Assembly: GCA_023920165.1 (NCBI GenBank)
Contig: CP089279.1
Span: forward strand, 1,674,001 to 1,738,000
Direction: 5' to 3'
Source: Curvularia clavata
Taxonomy: Eukaryota
DNA: 64,000 nt
The notes beneath the pieces are model-generated. The model did not search any database and had not been told where the DNA came from. It was given only the letters and a program-made list of their open reading frames with translations. Shown in pieces: positions 1 to 12,774 of this stretch. Made by a program: the position numbers and the translations under genes. Numbering within the stretch: position 1 is the first letter of the stretch; the number at the start of each line of letters is the position of its first letter.

Positions 1-1782
1 AGTGCCACATCTACAATTGCTGCATCTCCGGACTTCGCAGGCCATGTTTGCCTCTGCCAGCCGGAGCCAAAGATACCCCGGCCCCGGAATGGTGAGTTCG
101 AGCACTTTCTTTGTCTTCAAGGGGTTTGTATTCGAACCAGATCGTCATAACCGGGGTTTGTGCCAGAACAAAGAGTGTTTGTTCAGTCTGCTGACTCCTG
201 TCTACAGCTTTTATTCTTTATAGGCAACACCACCAGCACGCTATCATCGCTCGCAACCCTGGGCTCAACAACCCTGATATTTCCAAAATCATCGGCGAGC
301 AGTGGCAGGCTGAGTCTGAAGAGCAGAAGAAGGTCTGGCAAGACCTTGCACAGGTCCGTAATTCGTTTTTCCTTTGCCCACTTTCTTGCTAATAGTATCC
401 AGGAGGAGAAGGCGAGGCATCACGAGCAGTATCCTGAATACCGTTACCAACCACGTCGGCTTGGCAAATCCCTTCCATCGCCGCTGAACCCTATCAGCCA
501 GCAGGCCAACGCTGGATATCGTTGCCACAAGTGTGGGGGTCGCAGCATCAAACCGCCTACTAGCCCGTTTCTCGACCCTTCTGGAATCCCCATATTGCCT
601 CCTCCTAACATTCCGGAAGGCTTCTCGCCAACGACTCGGTATATGCCCATGATGAGCAACCTTAACCTTGAATCACCTGTCCATCCGCCTGGCCATGGCC
701 CTCCAAGCCTTAGTAATCAAAAATTGATAATCAATGCAGTGGCGCGCGACGATGCAATGATTCGCAGTCCGCTGACACCAGGTAAAAAACGCAGATTTGA
801 CTATGGGCCTGTACATATGGCAAACAGTGTCAGACCCGACGGACCCTACTATCCTCGTACACAGTATGCTCGGCGAGATTCTTTGCCCCCTATTCAAGTA
901 CGGCATTCCCCACCAGGCAGTGCGACCATGCCACCTCCTCGTACTCCTCGTGACCCAAGGCTTTGGGCTGCGGAGTCGGCATCATCTTCCCATGGCTCCA
1001 GCCCTCGAAGCGTGGAAGAGGTCCTCAGTGCTATATCACACGTGACTAAGATCGCATTGCTTGGCCGCATAGCGCCTCCTTACAAGGAGATTGGTAGTGT
1101 CACGCTGTCTGGTAAGGAAGGCCGTGGTACCATTATCGCTGTCGAAGGCGATGATCTGGCTGCAGTTAAAGAGCTTGCTGAATGGTTGAACGATCAACTT
1201 GTCAAACAAGGGGAATGCAAGCCTCAAATAGCCGAGCCACCGAGACTTCCCAATGACGATAGGGATGCTACGTTTGATGATTACCTTGACTTGATTAAGG
1301 AATGGCACAACAAAAGCAAAGAGATGATCAAGTACATTACCACCAACTCATCCATGGTGGCTTCTCCTTCTCACGACGTCACCATGTCTGACAAAGACTC
1401 TTCTACCAGCACCGTTTCTCGCAAAGATTCTGCGACGCCCCCTGATTCTCCCACTGGGGTGGCGAGACCTGTTGTTATTCTTCCCACCTTCCAGCTCCAA
1501 GCATCCGTCGCATATGCGTCGCAAATTCCTATCCAAGACGCCTACAGTCCAATGGATCATTGGCAATGGCTCGCAACGCTCTGGCGGGGAACCGTAGGAC
1601 CAGATCTCACACTGTATGTGAAGACCTACGATGCCAATGAGGGCCAAGTTGGCCAAAAGCCTGAGATGGATGAACCCCACAGGCTCTTTACGGTATGGAA
1701 GGAGAAGGAAGGGAGGTTTACCGAGCCTGACTTGAGGAGGGTCGGATTTGAGGTTGGCGAGTGGATTAAGGCCCTGAAGTGA
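1..1782 (+). CDS. HMG-box transcription factor (Rox1/Rfg1-like HMG group), 5' end outside the window
   Basis: Joining exons <1-91, 208-353 and 403-1782 (introns 92-207 GTGAGT..CAG and 354-402 GTCCGT..CAG) rebuilds the HMG box: KIPRPRN/AFILYRQHHQHAIIARNPGLNNPDISKIIGEQWQAESEEQKKVWQDLAQ/EEKARHHEQYPEYRYQPRR. Confidence 0.9.
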
Positions 1783-2681
1783 GCAATTTGTTCAGGTCTA
1801 CGGATATTCTTTCAATTCCAAACGGCCAAGTATGATGAAAACGAATGGGTCGTTTTTTTTCTTGTTACGATGCTTTTGATTTGGAAGCGCATCGGGGTAG
1901 TCCTTGTCAGAGTTGTGACAAGTTTATGACAAGCATAAATGGGGCTGTACAAGGCGTCAACCCATTGATGGTACATAGCTTGGCGGGGAACTTGGAACAT
2001 TAATGACCTTCTGCGTCTTTCTTTACTATTCTGGGATTACACAATACACGCATGATGAAGTTTGTCGCGTGCTGCGTGAGTCCCAAGCCACAGACTTCTG
2101 CCTGGAATGAGTTATGTAACGGAAGTGTCGCGTGCCAGTATTATTCCCATACGCGTCTTGCCAGAAGTAACATCAACGTACGAAAGCATCGAGATTCGGG
2201 GAGAAAGTAGTGGCTGGTGAGGCTGTGACCAGGATGGATGACGCAGCTCCTCGGAAAGATCGCAACAAAGCCGAGAACGTGTCATAGCGCAGCTTTCACA
2301 TGGCACGCATGCACCACCGCAAGCTTGTCACATGCCAAAGCCTCACCCAACCACAGAGCCTCATACAGCAAATGCGCCGCGCTTGTCGACGGCCTTGCAC
2401 GCCTGTTCAGAAACATGGATGACTACGGCTGAATGATGCATCCGCCCCATCTTAGAAAACCCCGTTTTACCCCAGCCTGGCCAACCACAATACCCCGGAT
2501 TCCCGGATTCTGGCATTCACATGCTGGCGCGCAAAACTCGACTGCAACCACTGTAGAGACCTGACCTGACGCCTTTCATGACGCAAAACGGGACACGTTC
2601 TTTGTTTGACAGGTCCAGCATACGCACAACAAACTGCGTTTTTTAGTAAAGCGCCGCCGGAGGACGAAAAGCACTACCGTC

Positions 2682-5051
2682 ATGATAGACCATGTACTCG
2701 GGCGGCCGTCAGTGCAGTTTAGAAAGATCCAGGTGCTGGCAGTAGTTTCTTTCTGGTCATTTTATCTGTACAGGTAAGAATCTTCGTTGCGCTGCTCTGC
2801 TAGCATATGCTAACAGGGTACTTCCAGAGGCGATCGCCATGGCCCACCACTTCTCCGTCGCATTTCTGCCCTCCTCACCAAGAAGCTGACTGTGTGGCAA
2901 ACTGTCCTTGTAACACTCCTCTATCTCTACGTGGCACGCAATTTTGGCAAGCTTGTTGGCCTCGAGTGCCCCGAACCGCTCGCAAGCCTGTATTCACGCT
3001 CGTATTTTCGTGCGACATGGGTTACAACGGCGCTGGATGCGGGCTTCTGGTCTGCTATGCGCATTAAGAGGAAAGGTCTGAGAGACTTGCTTTCCATCGT
3101 TTTCAGCGTATATTATATGATATGTGCGGAGCAGGCAGATGAGAAGGTTCGGAAAATCAGAGCTACTTTGACAGTCGATCACCTTCGTGTCGCGTGGAAC
3201 AAAGGCACCTCGCCGTATCTTGGCGCATTGACGAGCTTGATGCGCCCGAGATTGATGGTGTACCCGCCGCGCAAGATCAGGATACCGCGACCTAGAGCGA
3301 GCTCGTACAAAGAGCCCGTGACAGCATGGCTATATTTCAACGGTCCCCGGAGCGCGCTTAAGAAGCATGACAAGATTGTGCTGGACATACCCGGCGGAGG
3401 GTTCGTTGCCATGGACCCAAGAAATCATGATGATAAGTTGATGGGTTGGGCTGGCAAGACGGGTCTGCCTGTGTTGAGTTTGGACTACAAGAAGGCTCCA
3501 GAGCATCCGTATCCCTATGCGCTGAACGAGTGCTATGATGTTTACCATATGATAATGGCCTCGAGGGGGACATGTATGGGCTTGTCGGGGGAAGTTGAGC
3601 CCAAAATTGTGGTTTCGGGTGATTCGGCGGGTGGCAACCTGGCGGTGGGCATGGTGTTAATGATCCTGCAGAGTGGTTCAACAGAGACCCGAAGATGGCA
3701 GGGCGAACGTACAATACCGCCTCCGGTTGGCGTAGTGCTAATCTATCCAGCTTTGGATATGAACATTGGCAACTGGATGACTGACGAGCAGATGGCCCTC
3801 ATCCGCGACCGAAGGGTGAGAAAGACAAATCGTCCTATCCTTCGACATAAGAGCGACGACTACCGACACCTTGCACCAAATACGCCCTATGGATCCGACT
3901 CGGATAGTGATGATGATACGAACAAACCAAATATGGCTGCGGGGCAAACGGCTTCTAACCGCGTCCTCAAATCGGCTCAGACGATGATTCGACTGTCTGC
4001 CGCTCACACTGGCCAGGACAGCCAGTCTCTTCCTCGTTTAGATACGAGCAACACCACCATTAATGGCAATACTGCCAACTACCAAACTCCTGGCCAGATG
4101 ACTCCCGCAAATGTCAACAGTCTCCCACCTACACCATTAGCCACTCAACCACCTACCCCAGGTGCAACACTACCAGTGGCTCCTCCAACCACGATCAAGA
4201 CCCGGCTTACAACATCTAGCATGATATCTTACTTCAACGATCGCATTCTCACGCCGGAGATGATGCGTGCTATGATTATCCTGTACGTGGGCCCACATCA
4301 CCGTCCAGACTTCAGCACCGACTTCCTTCTCTCGCCACTACTTGCACCGGAGTCTCTTCTAGCAAAATTTCCCCGGTGCTGGATGTTGACTGGTGAGCGC
4401 GACCCGCTCGTTGACGATACCGTCATTTTTGCCGGACGCCTACGGCAGGCGAAGCGCGCTGAATGGATAGCAGCAAAGGATCTCGGTCTCGACTGGGCCC
4501 GAGGCGAGTTCCATGAAGAAAACTGGGTGAACGTAGATCTGATTCCCGGTATCAGCCACGGCTTCTTGCAATTTGCGAGCGTATTTCCCGAGGGCTGGAA
4601 GTACATTTATCGCTGTGGAAAATGGATTACGGAGGCGTTTGATGCCGACGCCGACAAAGGCGAGCTGGAAACTCCAATGTACACGCCGCTTGCTCCAAAT
4701 GGACGGCCAAGAGAAAGAGGAAGCGATTATTTCAGCACCGTAGGCCTTGCGGATGCCATTGATGGGCTCACCTCACCGCAGCGAGTGAGACATCATCGTA
4801 GGACGGACACAATGAGCTCCGCTGACGAAGACCGACCACTCGAAATGACTGTGCTGAGTAAGGGGAAGAGAAGCCCGCAAGACAATCAGAATGGAGGGGC
4901 AAGAGATGCGAATGCAAGGGGCAGAGGCAGGGTGAGGAGGAGTGACCGCGGCAGAAGAAAGAGCCTAGTTAGCTTGGCCAGTGAGGACGACCTACTAGGA
5001 AGAAGGATGAAAGGATTGACAGGCGGGCTCGGAGGTGGTGGGGTTGTTTAA
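2682..5051 (+). CDS. Hormone-sensitive-lipase-family alpha/beta hydrolase with hydrophobic N-terminus
   Basis: Exon 2682-2773 (MIDHVLGRPSVQFRKIQVLAVVSFWSFYLYR), intron 2774-2827, then a long exon. Motifs: oxyanion DIPGGGF, LDYKKAPEHPYP, nucleophile GDSAGG, GERDPLVDD, SHGFL. Confidence 0.9.
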
Positions 5052-6842
5052 AGATAAGAAATCTTGAGGTGATAGTGATAGTGATTGCAGTCTTTGGGTG
5101 TTTAGCATGCATAACGGCAAAGCGGGGTCTCATGCAGTGAATAGAGCGTTTATTTATACGATGGCCTTGCCTTCTTACCATTGAAGTGTGTAGGCGTGTA
5201 GAATCCGGTGGTGGCATTCAAACAATGACTAGAAATGTAAAGCATGGTCCCTGTCTTTATTCTCTCTCAGTCGCTTTGCCCGAGGAGTCCAGGCGAAAAG
5301 GCCGTCCGGTGAAACCAGTCGCATAACTACTTGCGTGTATATGGAAAAGTATGCGTTGTCCATGTCCGATTCTTTAGCTTCTACTCGACCAAGCCATTGC
5401 TTAGGTAATTAACATCCACATTGATCCGCTCTCGCTCGTCATCTGAGTCGTGCATTCATGTTTGTGATCATCGCTCCATAGCGGATCCGCATCCAGGTAA
5501 CGGAAGCAATAGGGAACTAGCAGAATCAAGCCTATGAAAGCGAACTGCTTGACTCAGTGAAAAGACGATATCGTTGGTCTATGGTAAACAAGATCCCGGT
5601 TCCAACACTTTGGTGCTACGATCTTGGTAATGGTTTCCATGCAGTTTGTGTGTTAGTGCATCTTGGGCCTCAACGGTGGTGGGTCATGGTACCCATATCG
5701 GAGTGCGAATATGGTATTTGTAGAGATGGTTGGTGGGAATAGCCAAAAAAAAAGGCTCGAACCGATACTCAAAAACGTTACAACTACCGCGAGCGCCTCC
5801 CTCCCCTCTATCCTCTCTTTGGATTAATGACAATCCCTTGATTTCTTCTCCGTACAGTATTGGCTACATTCTACACGCACACGCGTTCAACAAACCATGG
5901 CCGGTTCTACCCGAGGTGGCCTAAACCCACAGCATTGCTGCCCCTGGGGTTTCTGGAGGGTGGGCCCAGCAAGACTCTTGCAGGGCCCTCCAGACTGGGG
6001 CAGGCGAGGCTGGAGCGGAGCATGTCGGACGGCGTACTGCAGCTAGGTACGCACCCTCCTCGCATTTTCTACGGTAGCACCCACAAAGGGTATGGGCGCC
6101 GAAATCCCAGTGATGGATAGCGGAAGAGGGCCTCACTGACCAGGTTCTCCTCCGTCCTCCGATTCCGATAGTGATACGTGCGCGTGTACATCGAACTGGT
6201 TTACTGCCTTTGTGCAATTTGCGCCGCGTTTTGACACATGGATTGGCACCACGACGTCATGGCTTAGACCAAAGCTGCTGGCTACGCATGCACCATGGTA
6301 TTGGTCGGTCGGTCGAGACTCTAGTAGCTGAACGACGGTCGTAACTGGTTGCGAACACTGGGCGCCCGCCACTCCCGCATGCTATCCGATGCTTGTCTTC
6401 GTGTTCAACTTGACGATGTCCTGCTTTGCTGTATGCAAGCTTCTCCAGGCCAGCAACAAACTCCACGGGGTATGCACTTCGAGACGAGGGGAAAACGCGC
6501 AACCTGCCTTGTGTGCAATCGGCGAGTATCTCGGAAGAAATCTCTGTTGAGCCGCAGAGCCGCATGTGGGGCGCTAGAAGCTTCTTTGCAGCCAAGCTCC
6601 ACTAAGACGTCGGTCCGATGCTTGTCCGATTCTGCCCATCTATGCTCGACTGGGTGCTGATTGGCATATCTGCAACAACCGGCTTGGGGCTCACGCTTAC
6701 TGAACTGGCAAGGGACCCGGCATCGCCCTCCGTCCAAGCCAGAAAATTTGCCGCCTTGGTGCCATGGAGACTCCACATGTACGTCACTCTAGTCGCGTGA
6801 GGAGCACCATGGGGAGACTTCTCCATGGGCATGGCTTTCCCC

Positions 6843-6857
6843 ACCGGGGTTTATAAA
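6843..6857 (+). promoter_or_regulatory. Putative TATA box with adjacent CreA-type SYGGRG site upstream of the sugar porter
   Basis: ACCGGGGTTTATAAA lies about 120-130 nt before the ATG and is followed by a CT-rich leader. CCGGGG matches the CreA/Mig1 consensus SYGGRG. Short motifs, so function is inferred. Confidence 0.4.
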
Positions 6858-6972
6858 GGGCGGAGACGTGGCCGCTGAAGGCCTTGTTGTGCGTTTCGTA
6901 CGTGCGAGAGACAACGAGTCGTCTTGCTGCCTATCTTCTCTTCCCTTTAATTAACCTCTCCTTCGCTGATTG

Positions 6973-8808
6973 ATGCCCATCATGGACGAGAAGGATACTA
7001 AGATGGTCGAGGTCGACAACAAGTCGTCAGACCCACAACTCCAGACCGAAAAGAACGACAACATTCAGGTTGCTCCTGCCTCTGACTACACTGCGCCAAA
7101 GGCGAGGACAGAGCAGCTCGAAGATGCGAGAGGTTGGGAATCCGAGAATCTGATTCAGGATCTTTCGAAGCAGCTCGAGCAGGCCAACTACAAGAAGGGA
7201 TTTTTCGACCTCGAGTTCAAGAACCCCAAGCATTTCACATGGATGCTGGTTGCTTTTGCGTCCATGGGTGGTCTCCTCTCTGGCCTCGATCAATCACTCA
7301 TCTCCGGTGCCAATCTGACACTGCCCAAAGACCTGGGCCTTACTGATCAGCAAAACTCACTGGTTAACTCTGGCATGCCTCTAGGTGGTACGTTGTGATC
7401 TTTTTTTCCTCATCTGCAGAACTGAAGCTAACATGATTTAGCTGTTGCTGGTGCTTTTCTCATCTCGCCATGCAACGAATACTTCGGCCGCCGCTGGGCC
7501 ATTATCATTTCCTGTATCCTCTACACCATCGGCGGTGCTCTCGAAGCTGGAGCCATGAACTACGGTATGATTGTCGCTGCCCGCGTCATTCTGGGAGCTG
7601 GTGTCGGTCTCGAAGGAGGTACCGTCCCTGTCTATGTCGCCGAAACAGTCGAGAGTAGGATCCGTGGTAACCTTGTCTCGCTGTACCAATTCAACATCGC
7701 CCTCGGAGAAGTTCTTGGATACGCCGTTGCTGCCATGTTCATCACTGTACCTGGAAACTGGCGCTACATTCTCGGTTCTTCACTCGTCTTCAGTACTATC
7801 ATGGGTGTAGGTATTCTCTTCATGCCAGAGAGTCCTCGATACTTGATGCACAAGAACAAGCCTCTTGAGGCTTTCAAGGTGTGGAAGCGTATCCGTGGTA
7901 TTGCTACGCATGAGGCTCGTGAAGAGTTTTTCGTCATGAAGGTTAGCACCGAGATGGAAGAGGCCGAAGTTGCTGCCGGACGCACAAACCGTTTCCCATG
8001 GATGGACTTTTTCACCAAGGCACGCCCACGCCGTGCTATCATCTATGCCAACATCATGATCTTCTTGGGACAATTCACTGGAATTAACGTATGTAGGATG
8101 ATCCTTTCTGAAAAAACTCTTACTAACGCGTTTCAGGCAATTATGTACTACATGAGCGTTTTGATGTCCCAGATTGGTTTCGACACCTACGACGCCACCT
8201 ACATGTCGCTCGTTGGAGGAGGTTCGCTGCTTCTTGGCACAATCCCTGCCATCTTCCTCATGGAAACCTGCGGCCGTCGCTTCTGGGCTATTGCTATGCT
8301 TCCCGGTTTCTTCGTCGGTCTCCTTCTGGTCGGTATCTCATACCAGATCTCTGGTCTGAGCGGCAAACTTGCCGTCTACTTCATCGGCCTGATTCTCTAC
8401 ATGTTGTTCTTCGGCTCCTACGCCGCTCTTACTTGGGTCATTCCTTCGGAGGTTTACCCAACTTACCTCCGTTCTTATGGCATGACTACCTCGACTGCAT
8501 GGCTTTTCCTCTCCTCCTTCATCGTCACCTACAACTTCACTAGCATGCAGGAGGCCTTCACCAAGACTGGACTTACCCTTGGATTTTTCGGCGGTATTGC
8601 CGTTGTTGGGTGGTTCTACCAGATCCTCTTCATGCCTGAGACTAAGGATCTTACGCTTGAGGAAATCGACCAGCTGTTCCAAAAGCCGACGAGCCAGCTT
8701 GTCAAGGAGAACATGAAGAGCTCTATGGAAGTCACAAAAGACCTGTGCTGCTTCAAGTTTAAGAAGGTGTTTATCGAGAACAACCGCAGGCTCAAGCGCG
8801 AGGAGTAA
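6973..8808 (+). CDS. MFS sugar porter, resembles the Fsy1/Frt1 fructose:H+ symporter group
   Basis: Exons 6973 (or 6982)-7387, 7442-8088, 8137-8808. Sugar-porter motifs GLDQSLISG, EYFGRR, PESPRYL, QFTGINAIMYY, ETCGRR, PETKDLTLEEI. The segment YQFNIALGEVLGYAVAA...WRYILGSSLVFST matches my recollection of Fsy1. Substrate not demonstrated. Confidence 0.85.
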
Positions 8809-11705
8809 AGATGGGTATAAACGTAGACCTGCATTTTCATCTACTGTACCTTTTGAAGAGACTGTATGACTATCATTTGATGAGTATACGAAGTTGAGAG
8901 AAGGCCATTTTAAGATGTCCATGGCGACGACGATGTCAAATAGATTTTCTGTGATGATTCAATACCCCGGATATATTCCATGAATTAAAGTTATTGTACA
9001 ACCAAACTCACTGTATTTCGCTTCTCAAGTCTTGTGTTGATGTTTTCAATCTTGCTATTCATCTCAGCAGTATGGTTTAGCCTTACACTACTATGTAGGG
9101 GAAGGCGACATATAGTGAAACACACGCTCAGGCTAATCTAGAACTTGCTAGGAGAATTCATGCAATTCATCTATCACGTTATCGAATATCCAGAAATCAG
9201 GGGCCCTACAAGGCTTCTACACTACCATTCTCGAACGAGTCACAAAGTCAACTATCGTCAACATGATCCTTGTTAGCACTATATGATCTTCCTATTCAGA
9301 CATTAGGCTTACAAAATTGTTGTAAGTCGTGGTATTGAGCTGACTATGATGTTTTTATAACAAAGCTTTGGAGCCATCATATGAGATAGTGTTAAAATTC
9401 CAGCCCAAATCATTCAAGACAAAGACTAAGACATTCACCGCATCGCGCATACCCAGTAGCAGTATGTGAAATACACTATGCATAAGACTGGAAACACCTA
9501 TAGACACGTCTTGCCCACATGATCCTTCCCGCTCTCTTAACAGGCGCAGTCATTTCCACCAGTCTTGTACTCGGCCCCCCTCTTTATCTCCCCCAAATCT
9601 ATCAACTCTCACAAATTTAGTCAAACTGCTAACTGTTCGCAATCGCATATATGAGAAAACCGTTGTACTCCCCTACAGCAAGGAGACATTTACTCGCCGC
9701 CTTCCCTCTCCAAGTCCAGAAAAAACGGAGAGAACTGCTTAATCCACCACCGCCCACCCTCACATACCAAGAATCTTTACCAAGTGGGCGAATCCACCAC
9801 GACTTTCCTCCACATTTGTTTCGCGCAAGGTTCTTTATTCAAAGGAAGACCGTCATTCTCCCTCCTCACCCTCGACAGCCTTGGTCCCCTGTATTTCACG
9901 CCCCACGCCAACTTATCCAGCACCATGCTATCGGATACATGGATTCATCTCTTTTCTCTTATAAGTGTGGGTGTGACTGTAATAGAAGGGGCTGGTGTGC
10001 AAGTGTGGTAGAAGGGATTGTTGTGAGGAATATGATGCTGGAAAGTATGCAAGTCAATACGGATACGAAACATATGAGGATGGTTTGAGGATGGGCACGG
10101 TAGTGTGGAGGCGGCTAAAGCGTAGTTTAGATAAGGAAGAATGGGACCAAGGGAACTTCTTAAGACACTGTTCAGGAATTTCAAGAAATTGGATGGAATT
10201 GTTGCTCACATGATTGCTACTCCAAGCATTTTTGATAGTGTTTTATCCACAGAGCTATGCCAAGTACAGTGCTTGGACCCAGGCCAAATGTACCTTGTCC
10301 TCTTTGTCCTTTAAGAGAATGCTAGCCTAATACAAAGCTACTATTGCTAAAAGCTATTCTCCCCATAAACGTTGGATATAAACGCCGAATGCTCGCTTCT
10401 TAGATTTGCAAGAGTTGATTTTTCCATGCTTCGCGGTGCACTGCTCTAATAGTATCACATCTTAATACTCTAAATTTCAACATGATATAGCCATCAACAA
10501 TTCCAAGCAGCTTTACTTTCAGAGCCAGGTTTCTATCGAGTGAAGCCTTTCCAACGTTTCGTACTTTCTTTATAACCATCTATTTATCAACACACTTTGC
10601 TTCGTAATGATCATTTCCGGCTACCATTACGAACCCAATGGCATTAGCGATAATGTTCTCTCAATGAACTGACAGTTTTGACGGTGCAGTTCTGCGGCAC
10701 TTTTAATACACCCGATGCGCGGACAGTAAGTATAGTACTTAGTCAATCAAGTACCAGACCTCGCCGAAACTACCGGATCCACAGATCCCTCTTCCAATAA
10801 CCAAAAGTCCAAACTGGCTTTATGTCGATCGTCCATTACGTAGCCTATTCCGCGACAGACTGATTGGTGGGACAATGTCCGGAATCAGGTAGGTCGGCCG
10901 CGAGAAAGACGCAACAGCAAAGCTGATCCATTCCGCATGCGACAAAAGAAGGACCGGATGGCATGAGACATGTTGTCATCGGACATATCATGCGCAGGGC
11001 TGAGACTAACAGCTAGATACATGTCTTGTGACTTGTGACACGGATCGGGCAAGGCGGTGTACGGGATCGCGGAAGGTCATGTGCAAGGGAAAACGGAGCT
11101 GGTGAAGATCAACGTAGTGGCATTGCTTGCGCAGCATGAATGACAAAGGCGCATTTGTAATGCCTTGGATTTTGAGTAGTAGGATATGGTACGTGTGTAG
11201 AGCTGTGGAGAATACGGAGTACGTGCAAATTCTGGAAAGTAGCCGTGTTCGTATTAGTACACTGCTACTGAAGCGATTCCCAGGTTCAACGGAACTACAG
11301 CAGTCGAATGAATTCTCCGATCCACCATGTGACGGCATGTGCAGCGATCGAGAATTGGTATAACACCCTACAGCCGGTTTCCCATCCTAGAAGAGCTCTT
11401 GACTTGGATATGGGTGGCATATGCGAGAGAACGGAGATGGTTATCCGAAGTCGACCAGAGGTGTTTCGTGGCACGATCAAATCGTCGGCACACTTCGCGT
11501 AGTCCCACGCGCCATGTACTGTTGGCCGAGTGGACATGACCCTAAGCTGGAATGCTTTTCACAGCACCACAACATTCCTCAGGACTTCCAAGTCCTTCCT
11601 CGTTCGTGGCGTAGCATAGCCCCACTTCGTATGCTCTATTCAGAGATGCAATTAGTCCCCGGTGTGATCCAGCTTCAGTGTTCCTTATTTCTCACTTCTT
11701 ATTCC

Positions 11706-12113
11706 TCATCGCCCATCCGTCTGCCCTTGTTCTTTCGCTCTCCTCTTCTCAGCAACCATTGCAATCTTCCTCTCCATCTCGTTTTTCTTGAGCACTAATT
11801 CGGCGCGTGTGACTTCGAGTTGAGCGATCCGTTCTTCTGGTGAGGCCTGGAGAACCTGCCGCTTTTGCTGTAAAAGTAGATTGTTATTATATGAGCTCCT
11901 TGGAGGACCAAGACCAGGACGAGCAACCCAATAGGTCGTCATCGACACATTGAACCTCTAAAAGAAAGGATTTTTGATATGTAGCAAGAATCAACATACC
12001 TGCTTAAGCTCTTGCCGTCCTTTCAATCCCGCGCCATAGATGGACCCAGTAATCGTGATCGCAGCAACTGCGCCAGTCATGATCCAGCGCCGGACCGTCT
12101 GGAGAGTAACCAT
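11706..12113 (-). CDS. Small hypothetical protein (~91 aa), one N-terminal hydrophobic segment plus coiled coil
   Basis: Exon 12113-12000 (MVTLQTVRRWIMTGAVAAITITGSIYGAGLKGRQELKQ), GTATGT..TACAG intron 11999-11868, exon 11867-11706 (QKRQVLQASPEERIAQLEVTRAELVLKKNEMERKI...). The splice is in frame. Confidence 0.7.
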
Positions 12114-12398
12114 TGTTCCCCGCAAACTGAATTTGGATAGACGACGCGACAAGGGGATCAACGGTGGTGCCTAACCTTTTGTGAAGAGCAATTGAGTCGA
12201 GGCCGCAGAAAAGTCGAAGCGGAGTGGAGATTCGAATCGCCAAGCTTTGTTCGCCGCGGGAGTCCCACCACGATCCAAATGCGACGCGCTCCCCCGCTTC
12301 TACGCCCACAACAAACACAACCGCAACGTCCACGACGAAACGTCCACCTCGTAACTTAGACACACTTTGCGAAGGAGCCGCTGATCGCAGCTATCGCG

Positions 12399-12774
12399 AT
12401 GTCGAATATCCCACGCTCACATACCCCAGGCGGCTCGCGCCTTAGCACTGTGCCGTCCCAAAAGCCGCGCCAACTTTCTCACTTGCAGGCGCAACTGGCA
12501 CAATTGACAGCGAACATGGCAGATCTTGAGAGTTTGATGCGGATGACGGCGGGTCAGGCCCAGGACATGCGGGGCTTAGGTGGTTACGCTGGTGCCATGT
12601 AAGTCGTGGCTGCTGAGTTATTCGGGTCGCCTCTGGGACGAGAGACAGAGTTCAAGCTATCGGAAAGACGGGTGCTGACACTAGTTGCACAGGTTTATGG
12701 CAGCGAGCAAAGTCCTAGGAGAAGAGACGGTTAAGGGTGGCGGGACGGCTGAAGAAAAGAAGGAGAGGGAATGA
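12399..12774 (+). CDS. HSK3: DASH/Dam1 kinetochore complex subunit Hsk3
   Basis: Exons 12399-12598 and 12693-12774 give KPRQLSHLQAQLAQLTANMADLESLMRMTAGQAQDMRGLGGYAGAMFMAASKVLGEE, the Hsk3 signature. Confidence 0.85.
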
